DNA of 64,000 nt from Octopus sinensis (Eukaryota). The translations under genes and the position numbers were made by a program. Position 1 is the first letter of the stretch, and every line of letters begins with the position of its first letter. This document shows positions 1-11,919 of the stretch, piece by piece. The stretch lies in NCBI RefSeq assembly GCF_006345805.1, contig NC_043015.1:6386001-6450000 (forward strand), in the 5' to 3' direction. Under the pieces are notes generated by a model. It had not been told where the DNA came from. It was given only the letters and a program-made list of their open reading frames with translations, and did no database searches.

Positions 1-349
1 TTTGTACCTTGTCGGTGTAGGCATGTACAGGAGGAAAACAATCGCAAATTACGTTAGAACAAATACGAATACATAATGTCCATCATTTGGAAATGTTTCT
101 GGATATTTGCATCATAACCCAATAGGACACTTTATTGATGAATTTGATAAATCCATTTGGAAGGAGGATACATGATTCATATTTCAGGGACCTACATTTG
201 AGCTTTCACATAAACTGTGAAAGAGAGAGAGAGAGAGAGAGAGTAGCATAGATTATATGTTGCAAAAAAATTATTAACAGTAGACCATTGTAAAACAATA
301 AGCAAATATACTCCCTTCTATGTTATGTTGTCTACATATTCCTGTTATT

Positions 350-385
350 CTCCTGGTGAAGGAACACTGTCCGAAACGGCAAACT
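350..385 (+). ncRNA. Degenerate PLE-type hammerhead-like motif (probably inactive)
   Basis: CTC-CTGGTGA-A-GGA-ACACTG-TCC-GAAA-CGG. Core A6 is replaced by G, and stems I and III are not recoverable. Confidence 0.3.
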
Positions 386-547
386 TCCTTTATTTCTTCC
401 TTACTGCATAATATTATTTTTCTTATGTTATTGTTTTTTTGATATTGGTTATTTTAGTATTGCTTCGGCTATGTATTATTAGAATTATTGTTTACATAAT
501 TATGACATTCTTCTACTTCTTCTTCTTCTTCTTCTGGTATTGTTATT

Positions 548-742
548 ATTGAGCGAAAAAGCAATGTATGCCATCAAAGTGACACTGGAGTAAACTATAC
601 GAAACCTTACTCGTCATGACTATTTCTCTGATTAAGTTACACCAGGCACATGCATCACAACCATGTTCCCAACATGGTGATATTATATCAATATAAACAG
701 CGCTTGACCTTGCAGGTCAGGCCCAGTTAGAATTTTATCCAT

Positions 743-745
<3 letters not shown>
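548..745. repeat. Unclassified interspersed repeat fragment embedded in (ATT)n
   Basis: Mixed-complexity block with ATT repeats on both sides (short on the left, long on the right). It resembles an octopus repeat I recall; not verified. Confidence 0.35.
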
Positions 746-780
<35 letters not shown>

Positions 781-1030
781 GTTAGGCGTAGGCTTGTTCT
801 TATATTAGCAGAATCCGTACTCTTATTTGTTACTCTTATTGTTAAAGCTGAAATGATATTATAAGAAGTATACCGAACTATGAGTTGATTTTAATTCTTT
901 GTATAACTGAACAGACATAGGAACTTAAGATTTAGCGGATACAGTTCTATATTTGAGAGATGGGGAATTATGTACAGTATTTACATGATTTACATTTGAC
1001 GGATATTTGTCCCCATCTTGTTTGTTGTTC

Positions 1031-1074
1031 ACACAACGTTTCGGCTGATATACCCTCCAGCCTTCATCAGGTGT
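1031..1074 (-). ncRNA. Minimal type-I hammerhead ribozyme motif of the Penelope pLTR type
   Basis: Minus strand reads ACAC-CTGATGA-A-GGCTG(GAGGGTATAT)CAGCC-GAAA-CGT-T-GTGT. Stem I ACAC/GTGT, stem II GGCTG/CAGCC, palindromic stem III ACGT, cleavage triplet GUU. Confidence 0.7.
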
Positions 1075-1174
1075 CTTGTGGAAATTTCGAACCTTAGTTC
1101 TCATCCCTAATGAACCGAGGTTCGAAATTTCCCCAAGCCATGAAGGCTGGAGAGTATAATGCAATCGCTGCTAC

Positions 1175-1369
1175 TACTCTTCCTCCTTCATCGACCCTAA
1201 TGGTCAACTGGTATTGATTTTATCCTTTTCTGAGAATGAAAAAAAAAAAAAATGAAAACTTTGTCCACAGCGATATTTCAGCTAAGAACGTAAAGATCTG
1301 GGAGGAGCGTTGCTAAGCATTTGCGTCTAATGACATCCAAGCGGCGTTTCTGCCATCCTCGCTGCCTTC
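1175..1369 (-). mobile_element. Degenerate tRNA-derived SINE, family A (Deu/Nin-domain-like)
   Basis: Minus strand starts AAGGCAGCGAGGATGGCAGAAACG and aligns by eye with the younger copies at 2742, 20186 and 26816. Confidence 0.6.
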
Positions 1370-1386
1370 TAGTATTAATTATAAAA

Positions 1387-1461
<75 letters not shown>

Positions 1462-2741
1462 CCAACAAAAACAATTGGGTATAGAAGCTGATGGTCAGAA
1501 ATTTGACGGGAAGGTTTTGTTAGAACTGAAAGCGGAGGTGGCGTCAGTGGTGGGTGCTTTACAATTTAGGCTTACGGCTATATTAAATATAAAGCAAATA
1601 CGATGAAAAAGGAAGATGTATGTAAACCTAGCAACTAAATAAGGAAAAAAAAACACTAAAATAATTGATCGAGATCCGGCAACATTGTTCTTTTGTGAAC
1701 AAAATCTCATTACTTTTATTCATTGCAAAATCTTCTGGTAAAATGATGCGAGTGGAATTTTATTTCCTTTGTGTTTTTGTTAGTTAGTTCGTTTGTTTGT
1801 TTGTTTTTTTTCCTCCAGATATAATTTACATTAATCACGGTTAAATAACCAATCGTATTTCTCCGTAAACTAATCTTTAAACTAAATATGTCTTGGATAT
1901 TATCCTATATAATTTAGTTAACATCCTTAATGTTTTTATTTTTAGATGGTCGTTGTATTTTTGTATGTTTTTTTTCTAATGTCTATCCTGCCTTTCTGTC
2001 TACCTTTCTTTCTTTCACCTCTCTTCTTTGATTTTACTTTAATTAATCTCTTTCAATAACTCCTCGCCGTTTACGGATAACTATTTGTTGGGACACATTC
2101 TGGAATGTTATTAAAATAGTACTTTATTTCCTTCTAATTGATTTTCTTTATTAACGCATTTGTTTTCCTCACATATTTCTTTGTTGATATTGTTGTGGTT
2201 ATTGCGGTTGTTCGTCTTCTTCTTCTTTCTTCACTACTTCTTCTCATTCTTCTTCATCAGTATTATCATCATCTTTCTCCTCCTCCTTGTTCATCATCCG
2301 GCTTCTTTATGTCAATTCATTTCAGATTACTCAATGTTCAGTCGATAAAGATAATTACTAAAGATTAATGATCGTTCTATCTCTTCATTTCGTTTATTTA
2401 TTTGAACACCCACCATTTTGTTCATCCACCTTTCCGCCCATATGTCAGCGTTAGCAACAAATCGTGTTAACTCTCTTCCATTTGAGTTAGATATAATTGT
2501 TGTGGTACAGGCCCAAGTCGGTTCTGGTAAATGAAGACCTATGATCAAGATCAACCCGAATATGACCGTTCCAGCTTTCTTACTTTTCTATTTTCCGAGA
2601 AAAGATTTAATTTAAAGAACATTTAATTGTGAGTGTACCTGACCTTTCAAATTCAAAAATTTGCAGTTGCGTGAGATACATAATACAAGGCTGATTATCA
2701 TCTATCTCAACTGGAGTTGAATGTATTTCTCTGCGAGAGAA

Positions 2742-3325
2742 GCCGGTGAGCTGGCAGAAAGGTTAGCACGCCGGGCGAAATGCCTAGCGGTATTTCGTCT
2801 GCCGCTACGTTCTGAGTTCAAATTCCGCCGAGGTCGACTTTGCTTTTCATCCTTTCGGGGTCGATTAAATAAGTACCAGTTATGCACTGGGGTCGATATA
2901 ATCGACTTAATCCGTTTATCTGTCCTTGTTTGTCCCCTCTATGTGTAGCCCCTTGTGGGCAGTAAATAAATAGGTATTTTGTCTGCCGCTACGTTATGAG
3001 TTCAAATTCCGCCGAGGTCAACTGTGTCTTTCATCTTTTCGGGGTCGATTAAATAAGTACCAGTTACGCGCTGGGGTCGATATAATCGTCTTAATCCCTT
3101 TGTCTGTCCTTGGTTGTCCTCTCTGTGTTTAGCCCCTTGTGGGTAGTAAATAAATAGGTATTTCGTTTGACTTTACGTATCGAGTTCAAATTCCGCCTAG
3201 GTCGACTTTGCCATTCATCCTTTCGGGGTCGATAAATTAAGTACCAGTTGCGTACTGGAGTCGATCTAATCAACTGGCCACCTTCCGAAAATTTCGGACC
3301 TAGTGCCGAGAGTAAAGAAAAAAAT
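2742..3325 (+). mobile_element. Tandem trimer of SINE family A (one head plus three bodies)
   Basis: A-box-like TGGCAGAAAGG and B-box-like GTTCAAATTC. The core GAGGTC(G/A)ACT...CATC(C/T)TTTCGGGGTCGA...AAGTACCAGTT occurs three times at ~184-bp period. Confidence 0.9.
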
Positions 3326-4063
3326 AATTCTGCCGGGGAAATCGTGAATGCTAGGTTAAATACACTATATTTTATAATACATTATTATATATAACCTACA
3401 CTCTTTATTTCTAAATATTTATAGAACTCACTGTTTCAATCTTAAAGTCCGAAGTGTGTTTATCGACAGCTTAACAAATTGTGGGTTTTGCTATATATAA
3501 TGTAACATAATCTATATTTGTGCATGGCAGTGAATGTTTAAACAACGAAATAAAATAGAAATAAGTGGTAGAGTTAAAGTTTACAAGTATAGGCTTGTTT
3601 ATATTTGTTTCAACACAAATAGTACTATATTTCTATACAGAAACAAATAGCTTTACTATTGTATTATCCAGAGCCATGAAAGTTTATTTATTTATTTATA
3701 TATTTTATTTATTTATTTTCCTAATGGATCCTTCCACTGAAATATCATGCAAGTCGAAGAACAGTCCAAAGACACGTGTACTCTTAACTTATAAATACAG
3801 TGGCGAATACTGTGTAAATTTGTGCCAGAAGGATTTCAAATTAAATATCTATTAAATGTTGAATGTCATACATACATACATACATACATACATACATACA
3901 TACATACATACATACATACATGCATGCATGCATACATAAACAGAGGCGCACAGGCAAACGCATACACACACACACACACGCATGTATATCCCCATTCTTT
4001 CAATATATATGTATTGTACGTTCAAAATGAAAAAAAAAAAAAAAATTTAATGGAAAGAATATT

Positions 4064-4420
4064 TCCACTGCGTGGCATCTTGGGCAAGTGTCTTCTGCTA
4101 TTGCCCCGGGCCGACCAATGCCTTGTGAGTGGATTTGGTAGACGGAAACTGAAAGAAGCCTGTCGTATATATGTATATATTTATATATATATGTATGTGT
4201 GTGTGTGTTTGTGTGTCTGTGTTTGTCCCTCTAGCATTGCTTGACAACCGATGCCGGTGTGTTTACATCCCCGTCACTTAGCGGTTCGGCAAAAGAGATC
4301 GATAGAATAAGTACTGGGCTTACAAAAGAATAAGTCCCGGGGCCGATTTGCTCGACTAAAGGCGGTGCTCCAGCATAGACGCAGTCAAATGACTGAAACA
4401 AGTAAAAGAGTAAAAAGAGT
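4064..4420 (+). mobile_element. 5'-truncated SINE, family B (CORE-like CCTTGGGCAAGTG block, internal TG/TA tract)
   Basis: Colinear with copies at 45992, 47882 and 59781; ends GCAGTCAAATGACTGAAACAAGTAAAAGAG. Confidence 0.85.
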
Positions 4421-4917
4421 ATATGTTCTCTAACTGAGCAGAAAAAGTTCTCTCATAAAAATTTTAAAAAATCAGAGGTTCGCTCCCCTGTTCGTAATTC
4501 TATCGGATGCGGCTGTGCATCGTTAATCAGCTAGAGATGTCCTCTTGGGGTTAAAAAATCGCAGTAGAGTCCGATCGAATGGACAGCCATCTTGAAGTGA
4601 CTACCAACGTTACTTGTTAGAAAGTAATTATAGAGCCTCATCGGTTCTCTCCCTTTGAAGGAACCATCACCATCACTTCTATTTCTTACATCACCATTCC
4701 TCACTTAGTCCGAAAGCAACAGTAGATGGCTGCACCAACAGTCACCTGTCAGATTTCCCACATACATATATATTAGTATGTATGTATAACCACAGAGATT
4801 CACTCAGAAACATACAAAGGAAGACAAACGCACACACATATATGCGTGTATGTATATATGTATTTATATGTGCATATGCAGTCACACACAGACATACATA
4901 TACATTAAGTCATATAC

Positions 4918-5110
4918 TTTCAGTCATTTAACGGAGGCCATGCTGGGGCACGGCCTTGAATGCTCTAACGGAAAACAAACTACCCCGGTACTTATTTCTT
5001 AGATGTCTGCTACTCATTACATCTCTTTCTATTGCCGAACCGCTAATTTGACGGTGACATAAACAAACCACCACCGGTTTCCAAAGAATAAAACGCAAAC
5101 ACTCACACAC
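4918..5110 (-). mobile_element. SINE family B, 3' half, diverged
   Basis: Plus strand TTTCAGTCATT...GGCCATGCTGGGGCAC...GCCGAACCGCTAA matches the reverse complement of the family B tail. Confidence 0.7.
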
Positions 5111-5120
5111 CAGCTCTCTT

Positions 5121-5156
<36 letters not shown>

Positions 5157-5241
5157 GCATATATATATATAATATATATATTATATATATATATATATAT
5201 ATACTCATATAGTAAGGTCTAATATATGCATACATACACAC

Positions 5242-5307
<66 letters not shown>

Positions 5308-5310
5308 GTT

Positions 5311-5446
5311 GGAATTTACAAAAAACAAAAGACGGAGACAGGTGTGTAAACAACAAACAGGTGTATTCGTTTAACGCTCAGGAAGTTGAGAAAGTCTTGT
5401 AAGTTTCGACCCTGTGGCTAGCGGTCGATCACGGCGATGGCCGGAC
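5311..5446 (-). mobile_element. Short repeat fragment inside (TA)n, probable PLE 3' tail
   Basis: Near-identical block GAATTTA..AAAAAACAAAAGACG.AGACAGGTG...AACAAACAG...CTCAGGAA recurs at 40276-40356; both copies are flanked by (TA)n. The PLE assignment and strand are inferred. Confidence 0.5.
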
Positions 5447-6375
5447 ATATATATATATATATAGGGGCGGGTGAATAACACTGATGTATTATTTCTGTAA
5501 TTATTCTAACCTAGACCAACCATGATGAATAAGATCTATTATTAAAGGCGTTATTTCCGAGACCATCTCATATTTATTGTATATCTTTGAATACATTATT
5601 CTACGTGTCCTTTTGCACGAATATGTGCTCATACTTGCATGTCAGTCAGTTAGTCACTGTGTGTGCTCGACAAACTGACACACTTACACATTCTCACTCA
5701 TTTACTCGCTCACTCTCTCTCTCAGACACTCAGAGTTTGAGATAGAAAGAGAATGTGTGAGAGAACGTGTTACTATGTTTGCACAAATCTGTGTATACAA
5801 ATGCGTAAATTGTGAATTGAATTGTACACTTCTCCTTCGAAAGAAACCAAAATCCAGATTATGAATGAAAGAAAGAGAAACTACTAAGCTGTTTTTACCA
5901 TTCATTAATCATTTAATGTCTCTGAGTGGCTCCGTTTCATATTATACAGCGTTGCTCTGGGTAAGCTGTTGCTCATGTTTTTCCTTTTCTGTTTTTTTTT
6001 AGCTTTACTCTGCATTTCAATCAATTTATCTATCGGCTTTCTCTCTCTCACTCCCTCTTTTCCTCTCTCTCTGTCTCTCTCCCTCTCTCGGTCCGTCAGT
6101 TTGTATATGTTTCTGTCTACCTCACTCATTGTGTGACTGTTTCTTCTTGATTTAATATGCTTCTATAATAAGAGATGCCATTATACCTGTTTGGTTTTCT
6201 TGAACTAGCTTCATGGTTCTGCCGTTTACGATATTCGTACTTTTCATACGGATGCTTATAATTTAAATTGAAGTAATTATTCCGCGAGAATTATATACCT
6301 GAGTAGTGAATGCAAGTGATCGGACTAATTCATAACCATCTCCATTCGCCTGCTCTCTCTCGCTCTCTTTCCCTC

Positions 6376-6406
<31 letters not shown>

Positions 6407-6571
6407 TATATATCAATATATACATATAACTATCTCTCCTCTCCTTCTCCTTCATTCACTCTCTCTCTCTCTCTCCTGTAAATATATGTATGATCATATG
6501 TATATATATATATTCACACACACACACATACGTATATCTATCTATCTATCTATCTATATATATATATATAG

Positions 6572-6605
<34 letters not shown>

Positions 6606-6621
6606 GTATGTATACACATAC

Positions 6622-6673
<52 letters not shown>

Positions 6674-7089
6674 GTATATATATAGCACTACCTCTCTCCA
6701 TCTACGTACCTCATTCTCAAAATTTGGATCTTAATGTAATGAGTTTTCACTGGATATTTTGTCTTTGTTGGTATTAGAGATAATTTTCAGATCCAGTAAT
6801 GCCTACACTTTCAAATGAGGTACAAGAATCATTCATAACATTAAACACGTACATGTACATTTGTCTCTAGGGAGAATCGATCATAACAATATAAGAGTAT
6901 TTCTTTCTTTCTATAGAATATATTATTCTTCATATTTTTCTATTCAATGTTTTATATATACTATAATATAAATAGCATTGACAGTAACTTTGCATTATGG
7001 GCCATCTAAGTCATCACTGGATTGTTATGTATTACATTAATCTTGGCTTTCTATAGTTTTTCATTAGATAAAATTTTTCTGGGGTTTGT

Positions 7090-7382
7090 TGGCTTAGTTG
7101 AACGGTGGTTTATTTTGGGGGACATAAATATAACATCATTGTCAAGCGATGGCGGGGGCGAGACAAACACAGACACAGACAAATACACACGCACACATAC
7201 ACACAGACACACATACGACGTGATTCTTTCGGTTTCCGTCTAACAAATTCCACTAACGTGACCTTCGTCGAACCAAAGATATAATAGAAGAAACTTGCCG
7301 AAGGTAACACACAGTGGTTGGCAAGCAAGCTTCCCATGTAGTTGGCAAACAATCTTCTTACTACAAAGCCACGGCTGCGCCC
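7090..7382 (-). mobile_element. SINE family B, old degenerate copy
   Basis: TTCTTTCGGTTTCCGTCTAACAAATTCCACT and TTACTACAAAGCCACGGCTGCGC match the reverse complement of the family B head and body. Confidence 0.6.
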
Positions 7383-7551
7383 CTGTGCGTGAGGGGGGGG
7401 AGTGTCTATTTTCTGATCGAATCCTCTGTGTGTTAACGTAAGTCTCGTAACAATAAAGTAAAATCGATTTGATCAATATCGCCTTTGCCTGAACAGTAGC
7501 TTCTGGTATACAGCTCAACTGGATATTTACCACTTCCGAGGTTCCGCTCAC

Positions 7552-7629
7552 TATGGAACATATGCAACCCGGAATTTATCTTCTCCATTCTTTAACTCTA
7601 GGAGTTTTAGTCCCAACCCTGGCTGCCAA
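7552..7629 (-). other. Weak candidate exon (78 nt)
   Basis: Acceptor TTTTATGTTTCACAG, donor-like GTGAGC, one open frame (WQPGLGLKLLELKNGEDKFRVAYVP). No recognised homology. Confidence 0.15.
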
Positions 7630-7810
7630 CTGTGAAACATAAAATATTTTTTTAAAGCTTATTGCACTACACTACGGGATAAGTTCACAACCATTTACAT
7701 CCAAGAAACCACTGTTATTTTTTTAAATATTTTTTGCGGAATGCTTGAAGCGCACTATCATGCTACACCTTTATCCTTGGATCTTACATCTATCTTTCTA
7801 TCTATCTAAG

Positions 7811-7854
<44 letters not shown>

Positions 7855-8007
7855 AAACTATATACATATTTATATATGTATGTATGTATACACATACATA
7901 TATATATATGTACATGTTGATGTTTGTATACATACACACACACATATATATATATATATACATATACATATACACACACATATATATATATATATACACA
8001 TACATAT

Positions 8008-8054
<47 letters not shown>

Positions 8055-8073
8055 TATATATATACATATACAC

Positions 8074-8148
<75 letters not shown>

Positions 8149-8152
8149 CAAC

Positions 8153-8195
<43 letters not shown>

Positions 8196-9081
8196 CATAC
8201 ATATATATTGCATCTACATGTATATGAACGCATGTGTATATTGGTTTGCTTGTGAATATCTGTAAGGTATGCAGATGCAAGATGTATGAAAAAATTTCGC
8301 ATACGACTTAAATAACAAATATACATCTATTAAATCACGTGGCTCTACGTGCCTTGTACTTTTAGATTACAATTGATAGGCTTCGTATTTTATATATTTT
8401 TTCTATTTAAGTTTTAACGCTATTGAAATCCATTGTCGGAGATGACTATTAATAGGACATTGTTGAAGATAGAAGCAAGAATTCTATTTTGAAATCTTAT
8501 ATATTACAAAAGTCCTGAAACCGACAGATAATTATCAATACCAACAACTGAAGCAGTAATAACTGCAATATAAGTGCCAACCTATGAGTGGAAGCGAAAT
8601 CTATACGATCAGTTTAACTAATAATTCGAAAACAAATTTTCAACTACTTCTTCATTATAATATTGATTTCCCTGTCTCGCAGCAGCGAAGTCCATTTGTC
8701 AATTCGATGGCGAGGAGCATTATTTCATATTAACTATTTCCACTTTCTGTTGGTGTGGTAAATCCGACAGCGTGAGCTGAGTGTCATTAAGTACAATTAC
8801 TATCAAATGTTCTTTTGGCACTTAGCCGATTCTTCCAGGTATATGACCAGTATTGATACCGTCGCAGAATCTCTTCAACTGTATAAGATTCCAGACCTCG
8901 CTCAATATCCGAGTTCATATTTGGCTCAATTAAAAGTTTCTTTCCATCATTTCCGGGTCGATAAATTAAGTACCAATACTCGACAGCAGATTTAAGGAAC
9001 TGTCAATAATTATCAGCCAAGATGTCTTATGCAATGTTTCGAACCCTTTCGTTCACAGTTCAAATCGCTTCATGGGTTTAC

Positions 9082-9233
9082 CTATGTGGTATACTTCTTC
9101 CTTCATCGAGTTTAACACCACCGCATAGTAAAGTAGACGCTCAGTCAAGTATTGTAGCCTGGTTTTTGTTAGTAGATAATTTCCACCATTATCGGTGATG
9201 GCGGGATTAGGAAGGTCCATGGTATTGAATTCT
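9082..9233 (-). other. Candidate internal coding exon (152 nt)
   Basis: Strong acceptor TTTTTTATAGTTTTCTCTGTAG, donor AG|GTAAAC, single open frame EFNTMDLPNPAITDNGGNYLLTKTRLQYLTERLLYYAVVLNSMKEEVYHI. No recognised homology. Confidence 0.3.
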
Positions 9234-9322
9234 CTACAGAGAAAACTATAAAAAATATAGTGCTTATTGTAGCAATATTTTATGGAGCTTGTGGCAGAGT
9301 TATAAATCAAATATGCTATTCC

Positions 9323-9544
9323 TTTATTCTTTTATTTGTTTCTGTCATTTGACTGCGGCCATGCTGGAGCATCGACTTTAGTCGAACAAATCGACCCCAG
9401 TATTTACTCTTTGTAAGCTTAGTACTTATTCTATAGGTCTCTTTTTGCGGAATCGCTAAGTTACGGGGATGTGAACACAACAACATCGGTTGTCAACCGA
9501 AGGAGGAGGGAGAAACACAGACTCAGGAAACATATACACAAACG

Positions 9545-9615
<71 letters not shown>

Positions 9616-9809
9616 CAAAGTAAGATAGGGGTTATGAGGGTAACCCACTATGGATATCAGTTATATATATACATACATATATACGACGGGCTTCTTTCAG
9701 TTTCCGTCTACTAAATCCATTCACACTTGTCCGAGGTGCCATGCAGTGGGACTGAACCCGGAATCATGTGGTTGATAAGCAAGCTACTTACCACACAGCC
9801 ACTCATGCT
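9323..9809 (-). mobile_element. SINE family B, near full length, with expanded internal CT/TA tract
   Basis: Both head (CTTACCACACAGCCAC on the plus strand) and tail (TGTCATTTGACTGCGGCCATGCTGGAGC) are present. Confidence 0.85.
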
Positions 9810-11919
9810 AATAATAATAATAGAAACAAGCAATTTCTGATAAATATGAAATTATAAAAACTGAATATATCGTCTTTAAATTAAATCACAATTTAGATTA
9901 TCTAAGTACTAACAGACTAACCTACTAGTATAAATGCAGCTAAATACAAAGTTAGTTCACAATGTGTGTTGAATTAACTGAAAATATGTATTTAATATAT
10001 GTCAATGTAGTACAAACTTACGTTACTAATTCACTTTAGTAGTTTGTTATATACATTCCTTCAAAACAGTTTCTTCCGATATACAATCCTGAAATGAATA
10101 CTTTTTTGGGGTTATCTACGATTTACAGCCAAGCAAAGGAATCGATAGACATGATTCATTGGATATTTAAGAATTTGGATTCAATGGCCTGGGACTTGAT
10201 ACCAAATATATTTTCAAATACTGGAAACTAAATCATCTATTATACTAAAGCAAGAATGTAACTTATCTTCTATACCAGAATCTAGACGAAGCTACATTAC
10301 AAATCTCATTGTGTAAAAAATACATACATACATATATACATATGTGTGTGTGTGAGTGTGAGAGTGTGTGTGAGTGTATGTGTGTATGTATATAAATATG
10401 AATATATATATATACATATAGAATGGGAAAGAAACTTTGCTGAAGATTCAATTATTCAGGAACAACTCCTCTTAAGTACTGCTATTCTGAAGCTATGATC
10501 CGTCAGAATTTCATTTCAAATATATAACCAGAAATGAATATGAAATTCTTCAGATATCTGTGACATATATTCTTGTGTTACATTAATTCTATATCAATGT
10601 ATGTTTAATTTAAGCCTACCGTTTTAGAAGCATCTATCTTTCAAAATTAACTTATATTTGTACACCCTAACATGGTGATGAGTAAACAGAACTGCGGTGA
10701 TCTCATTATTAATTACATGAAAGCCACACGTTTATTAAAGACTCTTTCAATTCATGGATGAAACTCCACTGACTCAAATGTATTAATTATAAATAATCTT
10801 ATTTCATTACCTGGTCATAATTACTTGCTATACTCGTGTTTGACATTAAGCATGCTTGCACTAACGAAATAGCTCTCCCACATCAGCTACCGATTCCATC
10901 ATCAGGGAATCATACCTTCGAATAAACAGCTACAAATCGCGGCAAGCAATTTATGCCTGCTCTGTTTACTCTTAAGAAACCGCAACAAATTAACAGCGGT
11001 CTTTCTCATTTAATTGGATTCATATTTAATAAATATGCATCGGCAACTTTAAACAGTTGTATAAATTTTATTTCATCCTAATTTATTTTGCAATTCCTCT
11101 ATTATTATTATTTTTTTTTTAGTTTGATAGTGAATGTAAATAACATTATGTTTGTTTCCCCGTAAGTGTTTCTGCTTAAACGCTGATCACTGTATGATAC
11201 GATGATAATTAGAGAAAAATTTCAATTAGTATTATGCTTACCGAGCAAGGAAAGAGCATGTATATAGCTGTATAGTGCATGTACATAAAATATTAGATAA
11301 GTCTCCATGATATGACAGACAGCTGATTATAACGAAAAGTTGAGGGACCATATTTGATAATGACCTTGATACGCATTATAGCGACAGAAAGACAAGCATG
11401 GCCATGACTAAACGGAACACTTTTGATCATTAGAATGCACGATGAGGGCGGATCTGACATTAAACGAAAGCAATAATGCAACTAACACATGGGACTAAAA
11501 GGAAGAAATGACAGCAATGGTCATGTAATTAAGAAAAACAGCATGCAATTAAGTGGTTTGGGTCGATCCCAATGCGTATAACCATATGCAATCTTGTATC
11601 ATAGCTTCAGAACAACAAAAGTCATTAAGCGAGATATACTAGAAGCAAATATGTGGGAACCTGTTGGAACGAAAATGCTTCGTCTTACTTTGTATTCTTA
11701 AGTCTTCTCATTTTAACGTATATAATTTTCGTTTCAGTGGCGTTATTGGAGATAGTAGAAGGAGTGATGCAAGGTCACCAGTCACTTCCCGCTATCTGAG
11801 ACTTTCACGTCTTTTTTTTTTTGTTAAACAGTAAACCATAAATAAATGATAACCCGTTAGGGTGTTAAAGCTCTAAGTGAAATGAAGTAAATACTATTAT
11901 ATATATATATATATATAAA

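Noticed and set aside
8-214. Exon-like segment on the minus strand (acceptor after (TC)n, AAG|GTACAA donor, 207 nt)
   Set aside because: All three frames contain stops and the pyrimidine tract is just a microsatellite. Two of the stops in one frame are TGA, but nothing else supports selenocysteine. At most a non-coding exon.
2490-2535. DIIVVVQAQVGSGK* resembling a DEAD-box Walker A motif (+ strand)
   Set aside because: A stop follows immediately, no other helicase motifs or splice support are present, and such a short match is expected by chance.
7745-8326. Many 60-250 aa ORFs rich in YI/IY, HT, CV or LSIY here and throughout the ORF track
   Set aside because: Translations of (TA)n, (CA)n, (TG)n and (GATA)n microsatellites.
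10890-10915. CTGATGA on the minus strand
   Set aside because: No downstream GAAA or stems, so not a hammerhead.
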